Shown: positions 1 to 7,538 of the stretch, piece by piece | Layout of the letters: each line of letters begins with the position of its first letter | Numbering within the stretch: the first letter of the stretch is position 1 | DNA from: a virus | Lineage: Duplodnaviria; Caudoviricetes | IMG/VR virus record: IMGVR_UViG_3300042914_001187 | Span: 1 to 46,124 of that record | Direction: 5' to 3' (one strand) | DNA: 46,124 nt | The notes under the pieces: model-generated | Seen by the model: only the letters and a program-made list of their open reading frames with translations | What the model was told of the DNA's origin: nothing | Databases searched by the model: none | Program-made: the position numbers and the translations under genes

Positions 1-151
1 CGTGGAATTGGGATGGGGGTAATGGGGTGTGTGGATTTGAGCGTATACGGGGGAGGGGGACCCTATGCCCACAGCCGGGGATGGGGGGCCGGTGGGGTCG
101 GCACTCCCGCCCCTGATGACCGTACTCCCCCCTGCGCGTTTAAACAATCCC

Positions 152-856
152 TCACTTCCCCATCACGTGCTCGCGCACTGCACTGCTCTCACCCTCAAGC
201 ACTAGTGGCTCCACTATCTGCGCCTTGCTGATGCGCCTGACGTTGCCCACCAGCCTCAAGTGCTTCGCCAACTCCTGCTTCAGTTGATCTGCGGTGAGCC
301 CATCGTCATCCTCTTGCACTGTCTGCTTGAACATGCCCACTGTCTTGCCCATCAGTTCCAATGCTTTGAGTTTCGATCCTTCCTGCTTGGCTTCTTTGCT
401 CAGTTCCAACAGCGACTTGATCACATAGCGTTTCACCGCGATGGCATCATCTGTCAGTGCTTCCACCGTCTGACCCCAATGCTCTTGCAGCATCCTTTGC
501 ACCCTTATGTCCTGGGCAAGCTTCCATGCTGATGCCTTCAGTGTTCTGTCTGTACCCTTGGCGTTTGGGTATGCGTCTCTGTAGGCTTCGAGTTGTGTTT
601 TCCCTTCTATAAGGCCCTTGGCGAACTCCATCATGGAACTTGTCATAGGCTTGAGTCTCGGCGTTCCTTGTAGTTCTCCGTCTACCCTACGTTTTGGCGG
701 TACTGCGTCCCTGGCCATCCGTTCCGCTTCGCTCAGTCCGGGCGCTGTATCGTTCTGGTTTCCATCACCATCGAGTGTCACCTCTTCCAGCCGCCGCAGT
801 AGCTCATCCTTGGTCGTCCTGCCATTGCCCCGCATCTGATCATCACCCAGGCCCAT
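152..856 (-). CDS. terS: Terminase small subunit
   Basis: TerS-type HTH segment (FAKGLIEGKTQLEAYRDAY...SAWKL) and C-terminal KLKALELMGK..GMF. Start moved to ATG 856, which has an AGGGG SD; the ORF-track extension to 952 runs through DnaA boxes. Confidence 0.75.
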   Translation of the reverse strand: MGLGDDQMRGNGRTTKDELLRRLEEVTLDGDGNQNDTAPGLSEAERMARDAVPPKRRVDGELQGTPRLKPMTSSMMEFAKGLIEGKTQLEAYRDAYPNAKGTDRTLKASAWKLAQDIRVQRMLQEHWGQTVEALTDDAIAVKRYVIKSLLELSKEAKQEGSKLKALELMGKTVGMFKQTVQEDDDGLTADQLKQELAKHLRLVGNVRRISKAQIVEPLVLEGESSAVREHVMGK

Positions 857-914
857 GTCATCACCCCTTTGCTGTTTAAACCTGTACCACCGTTCGCATC
901 CGCAGTCTATCAGG

Positions 915-1119
915 TTATCCACAGGCTGTGAATAACTCCAGCCGTCATCCACAACTTATCCACATCTTTTGTAAGTTTCGCGTCAGAAAAGCCTTACCCT
1001 GCCCTACCCCTTACCCTGGCCCTGATCGCCCGTTTAAACCCTGGTTGCAATAAATTGGTACTACAAAACTTGTCCACACCCTGTGGATAACTTTGACTTG
1101 TCCACATCTCTGTGGATAA
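915..1119. promoter_or_regulatory. Cluster of eight DnaA-box-like 9-mers
   Basis: TTATCCACA 915 and 956; TGTGAATAA 927; TCATCCACA 945; TTGTCCACA 1070 and 1098; TGTGGATAA 1082 and 1111. Confidence 0.8.
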
Positions 1120-1256
1120 CTAAAGTAAAACTTTTCTATTGCAACCATGCCTGTAAGCCGCCGTATTGGTCTGGTTGATACCTACCCCGCCTGAACCCCT
1201 TCCAGGGCCTTGTAGCCCCTTCCTTGGAATCCTTGGGCCACATATATATGCAAACC

Positions 1257-1281
1257 GCAACCCCTTGCCGCAACCCCTTGC
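1257..1281. repeat. Tandem 12-bp direct repeat GCAACCCCTTGC upstream of the early promoter
   Basis: Copies at 1257-1268 and 1270-1281. Confidence 0.6.
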
Positions 1282-1325
1282 GGGTCAGCTACCCATCTGG
1301 AGTACCTGACCAAACCGTGGGGTTG

Positions 1326-1354
1326 TTGACAGGTTGTTTAAACCCTGATCTAAT
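1326..1354 (+). promoter_or_regulatory. Strong sigma70 promoter of the early operon
   Basis: TTGACA (1326-1331), 17-bp spacer containing GTTTAAAC, TCTAAT (1349-1354). Confidence 0.8.
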
Positions 1355-1360
1355 CCTTTC

Positions 1361-1655
1361 CATGCCCTAGTGATATCGATCAGTTGATTGATAGTGCTAG
1401 CGAGGCAGAGACGATCGAGTCTGGTGCATGGCCCGTAAGCCCATGACCCGCTGGTGGAGTCCAGAACTGAACGGCCCAGGATAAGGTCGGTCTGTGGAGG
1501 TAAAAGTCGAGAGGCTTTCCCGGCAAGGGTTCAATACAGGCAGGGGCTACGCCCTGCACCTGTCCACCGTGACGGTAGATAAAAACCAATCCACACATTT
1601 GGAAGCTGCTTGCAGCCTGATGCCCGTCTGGGCATTGGAGTGCAAACCGCACTTA
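1361..1655 (+). ncRNA. Long structured 5' leader or candidate ncRNA
   Basis: No SD-led ORF before 1671; several hairpins, including AAAGTC-GAGA-GGCTTT and GATGCCC-GTCT-GGGCATT. Confidence 0.5.
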
Positions 1656-1670
1656 ACCGGAGAACAAACC

Positions 1671-1847
1671 ATGACTGACTTTGACAAGCACAACCTGCTC
1701 GCCGCCCTGATTCGCATGGAACACAAATGCCTTGGCTCGATGTTCAAAGAAGAGTACGAGGCAACCATGCGCTTGGCCCAGGAACTGCAAGCCCCGCAAT
1801 TCATCACCGAGTACTTTGCTCGCAAGGCAATCACCACTGAGGAATGA
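1671..1847 (+). CDS. Early hypothetical protein (58 aa)
   Basis: GGAG SD before ATG 1671 (MTDFDKHN...). Confidence 0.7.
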   Translation: MTDFDKHNLLAALIRMEHKCLGSMFKEEYEATMRLAQELQAPQFITEYFARKAITTEE

Positions 1848-1849
1848 CC

Positions 1850-1975
1850 ATGACCCGCATCATCTACAACCGTCTGCTCGGCGGCTGGTTCATTGTTCGC
1901 GGCCCCCACCAGACCCCCATCGGTGGCCGGTTCGAATCCCGTGCCGCAGCCCTTGCCCACTTCAACCGCAACTGA
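1850..1975 (+). CDS. Small hypothetical protein (41 aa, MTRIIYNRLLGGWFIVRGPHQTP...)
   Basis: Hand-translated; GAGG SD; fills the gap between neighbouring genes. Confidence 0.65.
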   Translation: MTRIIYNRLLGGWFIVRGPHQTPIGGRFESRAAALAHFNRN

Positions 1976-1979
1976 AATC

Positions 1980-2186
1980 ATGATCAATCCCAAAATCATC
2001 CAACGCTACAACACCGACTTCGACTTCGCCAACGGGTTCAATGCCGCACTCGCCGGCATCTCCCTCGACCGCACTCAGCCAGTCAACTGGCAAGAGGGTT
2101 GGCGCGAGTGGGATCGAATCGAGTCAACCGATATCGCTGATGAGTGGGAGCGGCTGACCAGCCTACCCAACCTCAAGCACAACTGA
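1980..2186 (+). CDS. Small protein with an Rmf/CrpP-like motif
   Basis: FANGFNAALAG...WQEGW resembles the ribosome modulation factor pattern. Confidence 0.5.
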   Translation: MINPKIIQRYNTDFDFANGFNAALAGISLDRTQPVNWQEGWREWDRIESTDIADEWERLTSLPNLKHN

Positions 2187-2226
2187 TGAGACCTGACTGG
2201 TCGAAACCCCTGCGGGGGTCTTGTGC
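2177..2226 (+). ncRNA. Hammerhead ribozyme (type I topology)
   Basis: Stem I GCACAA/TTGTGC, core CTGATGA, stem II GACC/GGTC, GAAA, stem III CCCC/GGGG, GTC cleavage triplet at 2218-2220. Confidence 0.92.
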
Positions 2227-2246
2227 AATTAACCCGAAAGCGAACC

Positions 2247-2885
2247 ATGCAAACCATCGCCCAATTCCAGGCCACTAACCGTGCCGCCCGTGCTGCCGCC
2301 CCTGTTGCCCCGTCTCGCGCTGGCGAGTGGATCAAGTCCAACCCCGCTGCGTTTGAGTGGCTGGTTGATCGCTGCGACACGAACCCTTTCGCTGCATCCC
2401 TGCTGGACAACCTGCGCAAATGGGGCAGGCTGACCGACCGGCAACTGCTGGCGGTGCAGAACAATATCGCCCGGGCGCAGATCATGCGAGACAAGGCCGA
2501 CAACGCACCGGCACTGTCGGTCGAGCCCATCGAGCAAGCATTCGCCAAGGCCCAGGCTGCTGGCGTGGCGCGCCCAAAGCTGCGCCTGGGTGAGTTCACC
2601 TTCAGCCCTGCCCCTGCCACTGGCAAGAACCCCGGCGCGATCTACGTCAAGCATTCGGATGGCACCTACCTGGGCAAGGTGACCGGCTCCCGCCTATTCA
2701 CTGTCGCCGCAGTCGGCGGTGAGGTCGAGCGTGAGATCGTTGCAGTGGCGGCTGACCCCCTCAATGCAGCCATCGCCTACGGCAAAAAATACGGGAAGTG
2801 CTCAGTGTGCGCCCGTACCCTGACCGATGAGGCATCCATCGCCCGGGGCATCGGCCCCGTCTGCGCGGAAAGGTTTGGCTGGTAA
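2247..2885 (+). CDS. DUF6011-type Zn-finger protein
   Basis: C-terminal GKCSVCARTLTDEASIARGIGPVCA. Confidence 0.75.
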   Translation: MQTIAQFQATNRAARAAAPVAPSRAGEWIKSNPAAFEWLVDRCDTNPFAASLLDNLRKWGRLTDRQLLAVQNNIARAQIMRDKADNAPALSVEPIEQAFAKAQAAGVARPKLRLGEFTFSPAPATGKNPGAIYVKHSDGTYLGKVTGSRLFTVAAVGGEVEREIVAVAADPLNAAIAYGKKYGKCSVCARTLTDEASIARGIGPVCAERFGW

Positions 2886-3040
2886 TGAGACACGCTCACC
2901 TGCTCGCCTCTGGCGCTACCGCCGCAGCCCTCATCACTTTCGGATGGGGGCACTACTGGCTGACCGACCTTGCCCTGGTGATCGGCGGCGTGTTCGCTGG
3001 TCATGTCCTGACCGAGGCGCTGAATGACCCCTCGGACTGA
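2885..3040 (+). CDS. Small membrane protein (51 aa)
   Basis: Hand-translated from a TAATG overlap; two hydrophobic segments. Confidence 0.55.
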   Translation: MRHAHLLASGATAAALITFGWGHYWLTDLALVIGGVFAGHVLTEALNDPSD

Positions 3041-3107
3041 TCAACTAAATATCATCAACCCTTGCGCCCTGATATTATCGGGGCTCATCCCCGTTTAAAG
3101 GTGCATC

Positions 3108-3683
3108 ATGTATTCAACCCGTGAAGAATGGCTCAGTGCTGGAGTCGAGGAAGTCCGGCCCCTGTTCGACCTGTATTCAAAGCCCTTGCCTGCCAAGGTG
3201 CGGGTCTCTTGCGGCTTCCCGTCCACCGCCCTGCGGTCGGGTGCTATCGGTGAGTGCTGGATCAACACCGCCTCTGCCGATGGCACCTTTGAGATTTTGG
3301 TGCATCCCAAGCTGGCTGACCCCGTCAAGGTGTTCGAGGTTCTCATCCATGAACTTTGCCACGCCACTGCTGGTGCGTTTAACCATGGGGTCAACTTTCA
3401 GAAGATTGCCGGGGCTATGCACCTGAAAGCGACCGGCTCAGGTCGCCAGCCGTGGAAATCCACTGTCGGGGATGATGATTTTCTGTCGGTCTATGCCGCC
3501 ATCATTACCGGCCTGGGCGACTACCCTCACGCCGAGTTGAAGTCCGACCGCCAGATCAAAAAACAGACCACTCGCCTGCTCAAGGCCGAGTGCCCATCCT
3601 GCGGGTATACCGTGCGCCTGTCCCAAAAATGGGCGGCGCAAGGTCTGCCTACCTGCCCCTGCGGCGATACCCTTTCCCTCTAA
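3108..3683 (+). CDS. SprT-like zinc metallopeptidase with C-terminal Zn ribbon
   Basis: LIHELCH (HExxH), HG..F, CPSCGY...PTCPCG. Confidence 0.8.
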   Translation: MYSTREEWLSAGVEEVRPLFDLYSKPLPAKVRVSCGFPSTALRSGAIGECWINTASADGTFEILVHPKLADPVKVFEVLIHELCHATAGAFNHGVNFQKIAGAMHLKATGSGRQPWKSTVGDDDFLSVYAAIITGLGDYPHAELKSDRQIKKQTTRLLKAECPSCGYTVRLSQKWAAQGLPTCPCGDTLSL

Positions 3684-3702
3684 CCACCACCGAAAGCGAA
3701 TC

Positions 3703-5139
3703 ATGGCAAACATTTCCCAGACCATCATCCAAATCGCCCGTCTGCCCCTGCCTGTCGTGGCAGGTGCGTACAACCAGTACCACCCCAACCCTCAGGGCGG
3801 GGTTACCAAGACCGATGCAAGCCGCTGGCTGGCCGAGGCGGTCGAGGCTGGCACCCTGAGCATGAACAACATCATGGCCGCCACGCCTTCGACCTTCAAG
3901 GCCGCGCCGACCATCGATCCCGCCATCGGGGCCAAGGTTGATGCAGCCTCGCAGGTTGCATCTGATGCCCGGGCTGATGCCCTGTCTGCGCTCAATCGCA
4001 TCGATGCCATCGACGACAACATCAGCGCAGTGATCCAGACAATGGCTCGCGTCGAGCACAAGTCCAACACCCTGTCCGACAAGATCGATGGCATCAAGAT
4101 TGATGACCGTAGCATTAAGGTAGCGGTCGATTCAATTATTGGCGACCACTTTTCGCGCTGGTCTAAACGCATCGAGGACGCGGGTGCCCAACAGGTTGTG
4201 GCCGACCAGACCGCCGCGCACCGCACTGGCAGCAAAAGCTGCTTTGAGGTTTTCGGCATCGATGTTTTCGATGTTAAGGGTCAGCCACTGATGGTTGACC
4301 TTTGGAACCATCCCCAGGCACCTGCGGTAGACCCCGACTTCATCTGGACTGAGGGCATTCTCAAGCACCTGCTGCTCTCTGACCGGACGGGTGAGAATCT
4401 TTGGTTTGGCGGCGAGAAAGGCACCGGCAAGTCTGAGACGGCCCGACAGTTTGCAGCCCGTACCGGACGCGCGTTTAAACGCATCAACTTCCACAAGCAC
4501 ACAACCGTGGAAGAGTATGTCGGCGCTGTGGGCATCGAGGACGGCAAGACCGTCTTCCAGGCCAAGGACTTCCTGCTGGCCTACACCATGCCCTCCACCG
4601 TGATCCTGCTGGATGAGGTCACCAACGCTGACCCAGGCGAACTGGCAACGCTCAATGGTTTCCTTGAGCCCAACGCCTGCGTGTCCTTTGGGGGTCTGAC
4701 CCATACCCGCGCCGAGGGGGTGCTGGTCTTCGTGGCCGACAACACCTTCGGCAATGGTGACGACTCAGGCAGGCACGCTGGCACCCGCATGCAAAACTCT
4801 GCCCTGGTTGATCGGTTCTCGCGGGTGATCCAGTTTGACTACCTGCCCAAGGACTCTGAGATCGAGGCCATCACCCGCCGCGCCGGCTGCAACAAGGCAA
4901 TCGCCGAGGCGATTCACTGTGCCATTCAGGTTGCGCGGCACAAGGTCAAGAGTGCCGACATTGTGGACGCACCATCGATCCGGTCTGCCATCGCCTTTGC
5001 CCGGGCAATCCAAGTGCTTCCCCTGCGTGAGGCTTGGACGACCACTGTCGTGGCCCGACAACCCGTCGAGTCTCACGCTACCCTGATGGGCATCTTCGAT
5101 GCCTGCATGAATCAAGAATTTTTCAACGACAACATTTGA
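3703..5139 (+). CDS. MoxR/CobS-like AAA+ ATPase
   Basis: Walker A GEKGTGKS, Walker B ILLDE, NSALVDRF, SIRS sensor; long helical N-terminus. Confidence 0.88.
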   Translation: MANISQTIIQIARLPLPVVAGAYNQYHPNPQGGVTKTDASRWLAEAVEAGTLSMNNIMAATPSTFKAAPTIDPAIGAKVDAASQVASDARADALSALNRIDAIDDNISAVIQTMARVEHKSNTLSDKIDGIKIDDRSIKVAVDSIIGDHFSRWSKRIEDAGAQQVVADQTAAHRTGSKSCFEVFGIDVFDVKGQPLMVDLWNHPQAPAVDPDFIWTEGILKHLLLSDRTGENLWFGGEKGTGKSETARQFAARTGRAFKRINFHKHTTVEEYVGAVGIEDGKTVFQAKDFLLAYTMPSTVILLDEVTNADPGELATLNGFLEPNACVSFGGLTHTRAEGVLVFVADNTFGNGDDSGRHAGTRMQNSALVDRFSRVIQFDYLPKDSEIEAITRRAGCNKAIAEAIHCAIQVARHKVKSADIVDAPSIRSAIAFARAIQVLPLREAWTTTVVARQPVESHATLMGIFDACMNQEFFNDNI

Positions 5140-5147
5140 GGCGAATC

Positions 5148-6734
5148 ATGAAACGCTATCACGGATACTCGTTTAAACAGGCCGTCGAAAATTTGACACG
5201 CAAGGTCGCGGCCGAGTTTGGTCTGGCGGTCAGGACGATCAACTGGCATGCAGGCATCCAGACCGCCGGTACAAACAAGGACGGCGACATTTACTTCGCT
5301 GACGTTGCGGATGACGCGGTGCTTTATGACATTGATGTTCAACGCTATGTCGGTTTTGTGGTGCATGAACTGCTGCACCAAAAATATACCGACTTCAACG
5401 TCAACCACCACGACCAGTACGTCAACCAACTGCACAACGCGGTCGAGGATGCCTGGATCGAGCATACGGGTATCGATGCCAAGCTGACCGGCAACATCGA
5501 TGGGCTGCTGACCGCGCTGCTGGATCAGATTGTGGGCGAGGCCAATGCCACGGTGACTGATTGGGCAGACCCTGCTCAATACCCGTTTATCTTCGCGGTC
5601 TACCTGCGGCGGCATCTGAACACCCATGTCCCGGTGCCTGCTGGCCTGGAGCCCATCATCATTGGCGCGACTCAGCGAATCGATGCCTGCCGCTCCAGCA
5701 AGGACACGCTGGCCCTGGCTGAGTGGATCATGGGTCAACTCCAGGCCCTGCCAAAGAACCCCAAGAACACCCCCGACAAGGCCCCCAAAGGCCCCTCAGA
5801 GGCTCCATCTGATGACGGCAATGGTAAGGGTGCAGGCGAGGCCGATAAGGGCTCCAGGCTTGGCGACAACCCGCACAAAAGCCCAGGCTCTGCCCGGGCT
5901 CCCAAAAAATCTGATGAGGCGGTGGAGGTTGAGCCCTCCATCAAGGTGCCCGAGGGCAAGGCCGGTATCGGGTCATGGTCTGAGCATGCAACACTGACCC
6001 CGCCTGACCATCACCTGCGCAGCAACCCCTGGCTCACCGACCAACTGGCGGTGCCTGCGCGGCTGCGGTATGAGGTCAAGCGCCTGTTCGACAACTCTGG
6101 GCGCGAGGACTTCCAGCGCAACCGCAGGGCTGGCTCGATCAATGTCTCGGCCCTGCACAAGATCGGCATCACCGACAAGCTGTTCCAGCGCCGCCATGCG
6201 GTTGAGGGCATCGACTCTGCGGTTGTGATCTGCCTGGATGTTTCGGGCTCGATGTTCGATGACGGGAAAAAGAATAAAAAATACAACATGAGCAACCGCA
6301 TCGTCCAGGCTGCTATGGCAACCAGGGCGCTGCTGGATACCCTGCAAAAGGCCCAGGTCGAGACCTGCGTCCTTGCCTTTGGCTCGTTCACTTCAGTGGT
6401 CAAGCCCTGGGGTGAGCATGCGGTCAAGGCTGCGGCAAAGATCAACAGCATCGGCAACGGCGGGTCAACCAACGACTACTTCGCGGTTCGCTACGCCCAC
6501 AAGCTGCTGCTCAGTCGCCCCGAGCAGCGCAAGATTTGCTTTGTCATCACCGATGGCATCGGCAAGCCTATAGCAGTGCGCAACCAGTGCGAGGCAGGCA
6601 ACAACCTGGGCATCACCACCATCGGCATCGGCATCGAGCAGGACGTTAAGCATGTATACCCTCAGTCGGTGCGGATCACTGACGTTGGCGACCTGGGCAC
6701 CGTGTCATTCAAACAGATCAAGCTGGCAGCATGA
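5148..6734 (+). CDS. CobT-like protein: N-terminal HExxH peptidase-like domain plus C-terminal VWA domain
   Basis: VHELLH...NAVED; MIDAS DVSGS, GGST, ITDG; start at ATG 5148 after GAGG. Confidence 0.85.
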   Translation: MKRYHGYSFKQAVENLTRKVAAEFGLAVRTINWHAGIQTAGTNKDGDIYFADVADDAVLYDIDVQRYVGFVVHELLHQKYTDFNVNHHDQYVNQLHNAVEDAWIEHTGIDAKLTGNIDGLLTALLDQIVGEANATVTDWADPAQYPFIFAVYLRRHLNTHVPVPAGLEPIIIGATQRIDACRSSKDTLALAEWIMGQLQALPKNPKNTPDKAPKGPSEAPSDDGNGKGAGEADKGSRLGDNPHKSPGSARAPKKSDEAVEVEPSIKVPEGKAGIGSWSEHATLTPPDHHLRSNPWLTDQLAVPARLRYEVKRLFDNSGREDFQRNRRAGSINVSALHKIGITDKLFQRRHAVEGIDSAVVICLDVSGSMFDDGKKNKKYNMSNRIVQAAMATRALLDTLQKAQVETCVLAFGSFTSVVKPWGEHAVKAAAKINSIGNGGSTNDYFAVRYAHKLLLSRPEQRKICFVITDGIGKPIAVRNQCEAGNNLGITTIGIGIEQDVKHVYPQSVRITDVGDLGTVSFKQIKLAA

Positions 6735-6964
6735 AGACGATCAGAGCAGTGACCAACAGGCACCCCGTGTTTTTAAAACAAGCATATGCCCTGGACGGCA
6801 TCGTTCACCTAGTCGATGATGAGCGATACCTGGGCCACGGGGAGCGATACATTGCCTTTGATGGGCTGGCATTCTCGGTCTACATCAAGACGACAGACGG
6901 CCCACTTAGGGCCAATACATTCAACAACCTGCGCAGCGCAGTCAACTATGCTCGGCGCGTTTAA
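6731..6964 (+). CDS. Hypothetical protein
   Basis: ATGA overlap with the VWA gene. Confidence 0.6.
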   Translation: MKTIRAVTNRHPVFLKQAYALDGIVHLVDDERYLGHGERYIAFDGLAFSVYIKTTDGPLRANTFNNLRSAVNYARRV

Positions 6965-6978
6965 ACCGGAGGGATGAG

Positions 6979-7125
6979 ATGGCATACCTTTTTGTGGCTT
7001 TGTGTTTCCTTGCATGGCTGACCCATGTATTCACCTGCTTCGCTCAGGGAATGTGGGGCTTCCTGCTGGCCGGGGCAATATTCTTTCCCATTGGAATCCT
7101 GCACGGGTTCTATCTCTGGTTCTAA
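6979..7125 (+). CDS. Small two-TM membrane protein (48 aa, MAYLFVALCFLAWLTHV...PIGILHGFYLWF)
   Basis: Hand-translated; GGAGG SD; strongly hydrophobic. Confidence 0.7.
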   Translation: MAYLFVALCFLAWLTHVFTCFAQGMWGFLLAGAIFFPIGILHGFYLWF

Positions 7126-7127
7126 CC

Positions 7128-7247
7128 ATGAACTGGCCCTTTCCACCGTTTCCCAACCCGCTGGACAAGCCGGGGCAACTTCCCCGTCCTGCACCCTTCC
7201 AACCATCAGACGCGGATGAACCCGCACCATTTATCAGGAGCGTTTAA
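7128..7247 (+). CDS. Pro-rich small protein (MNWPFPPFP...)
   Basis: Packed between neighbouring genes; starts with WPFP. Confidence 0.5.
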   Translation: MNWPFPPFPNPLDKPGQLPRPAPFQPSDADEPAPFIRSV

Positions 7248-7412
7248 ATGAAAAAGTTTGAGATTGAATATCGCCGCACCAGTTTTGTCGTGGTACATGT
7301 CGAGGCCGAAACAAAAGAAAAGGCAGAAGACATGGCATGGGATCAACTTGAAAAAGACCATTACACCGACAACGCCGAATGGGAGGTTGAAACCATCACC
7401 CAGGTTGAATAA
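7248..7412 (+). CDS. Small acidic protein, DpnD/PcfM-like (54 aa)
   Basis: AGGAG SD; VHVEAETKEKAEDMA pattern. Confidence 0.65.
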   Translation: MKKFEIEYRRTSFVVVHVEAETKEKAEDMAWDQLEKDHYTDNAEWEVETITQVE

Positions 7413-7415
7413 AGA

Positions 7416-7443
7416 AAGGGGGCCATGAGCCCCCTTCCTGTTT
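7416..7443. terminator. Intrinsic terminator between convergent operons
   Basis: AAGGGGGC-CATGA-GCCCCCTT, A-rich upstream and T-rich downstream. Confidence 0.75.
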
Positions 7444-7538
7444 GTCCCGTCGGCGGAAAGCGAATAAAACGCCCGACAAACTGATGCGGTTATTTTTAAC
7501 GGGCCACTCGCACCTTACGCCCGGACGGCCTGCACCCG

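Noticed and set aside
857-952. N-terminal extension of TerS in the ORF track
   Set aside because: It overlaps the DnaA boxes, and ATG 856 has a good SD.
1925-1945. GGTTCGAATCC resembling a tRNA T-loop
   Set aside because: No acceptor, D or anticodon arms could be built; it lies inside a plausible 41-aa ORF.
5911-5940. Other CTGATGA strings (113, 2137, 5911) as hammerhead cores
   Set aside because: No stem II followed by GAAA and no matching stems.
3703-6734. Cobalamin biosynthesis (cobS/cobT) as an auxiliary metabolic function
   Set aside because: No cobN or other cob genes; a generic MoxR-VWA pair explains the motifs.
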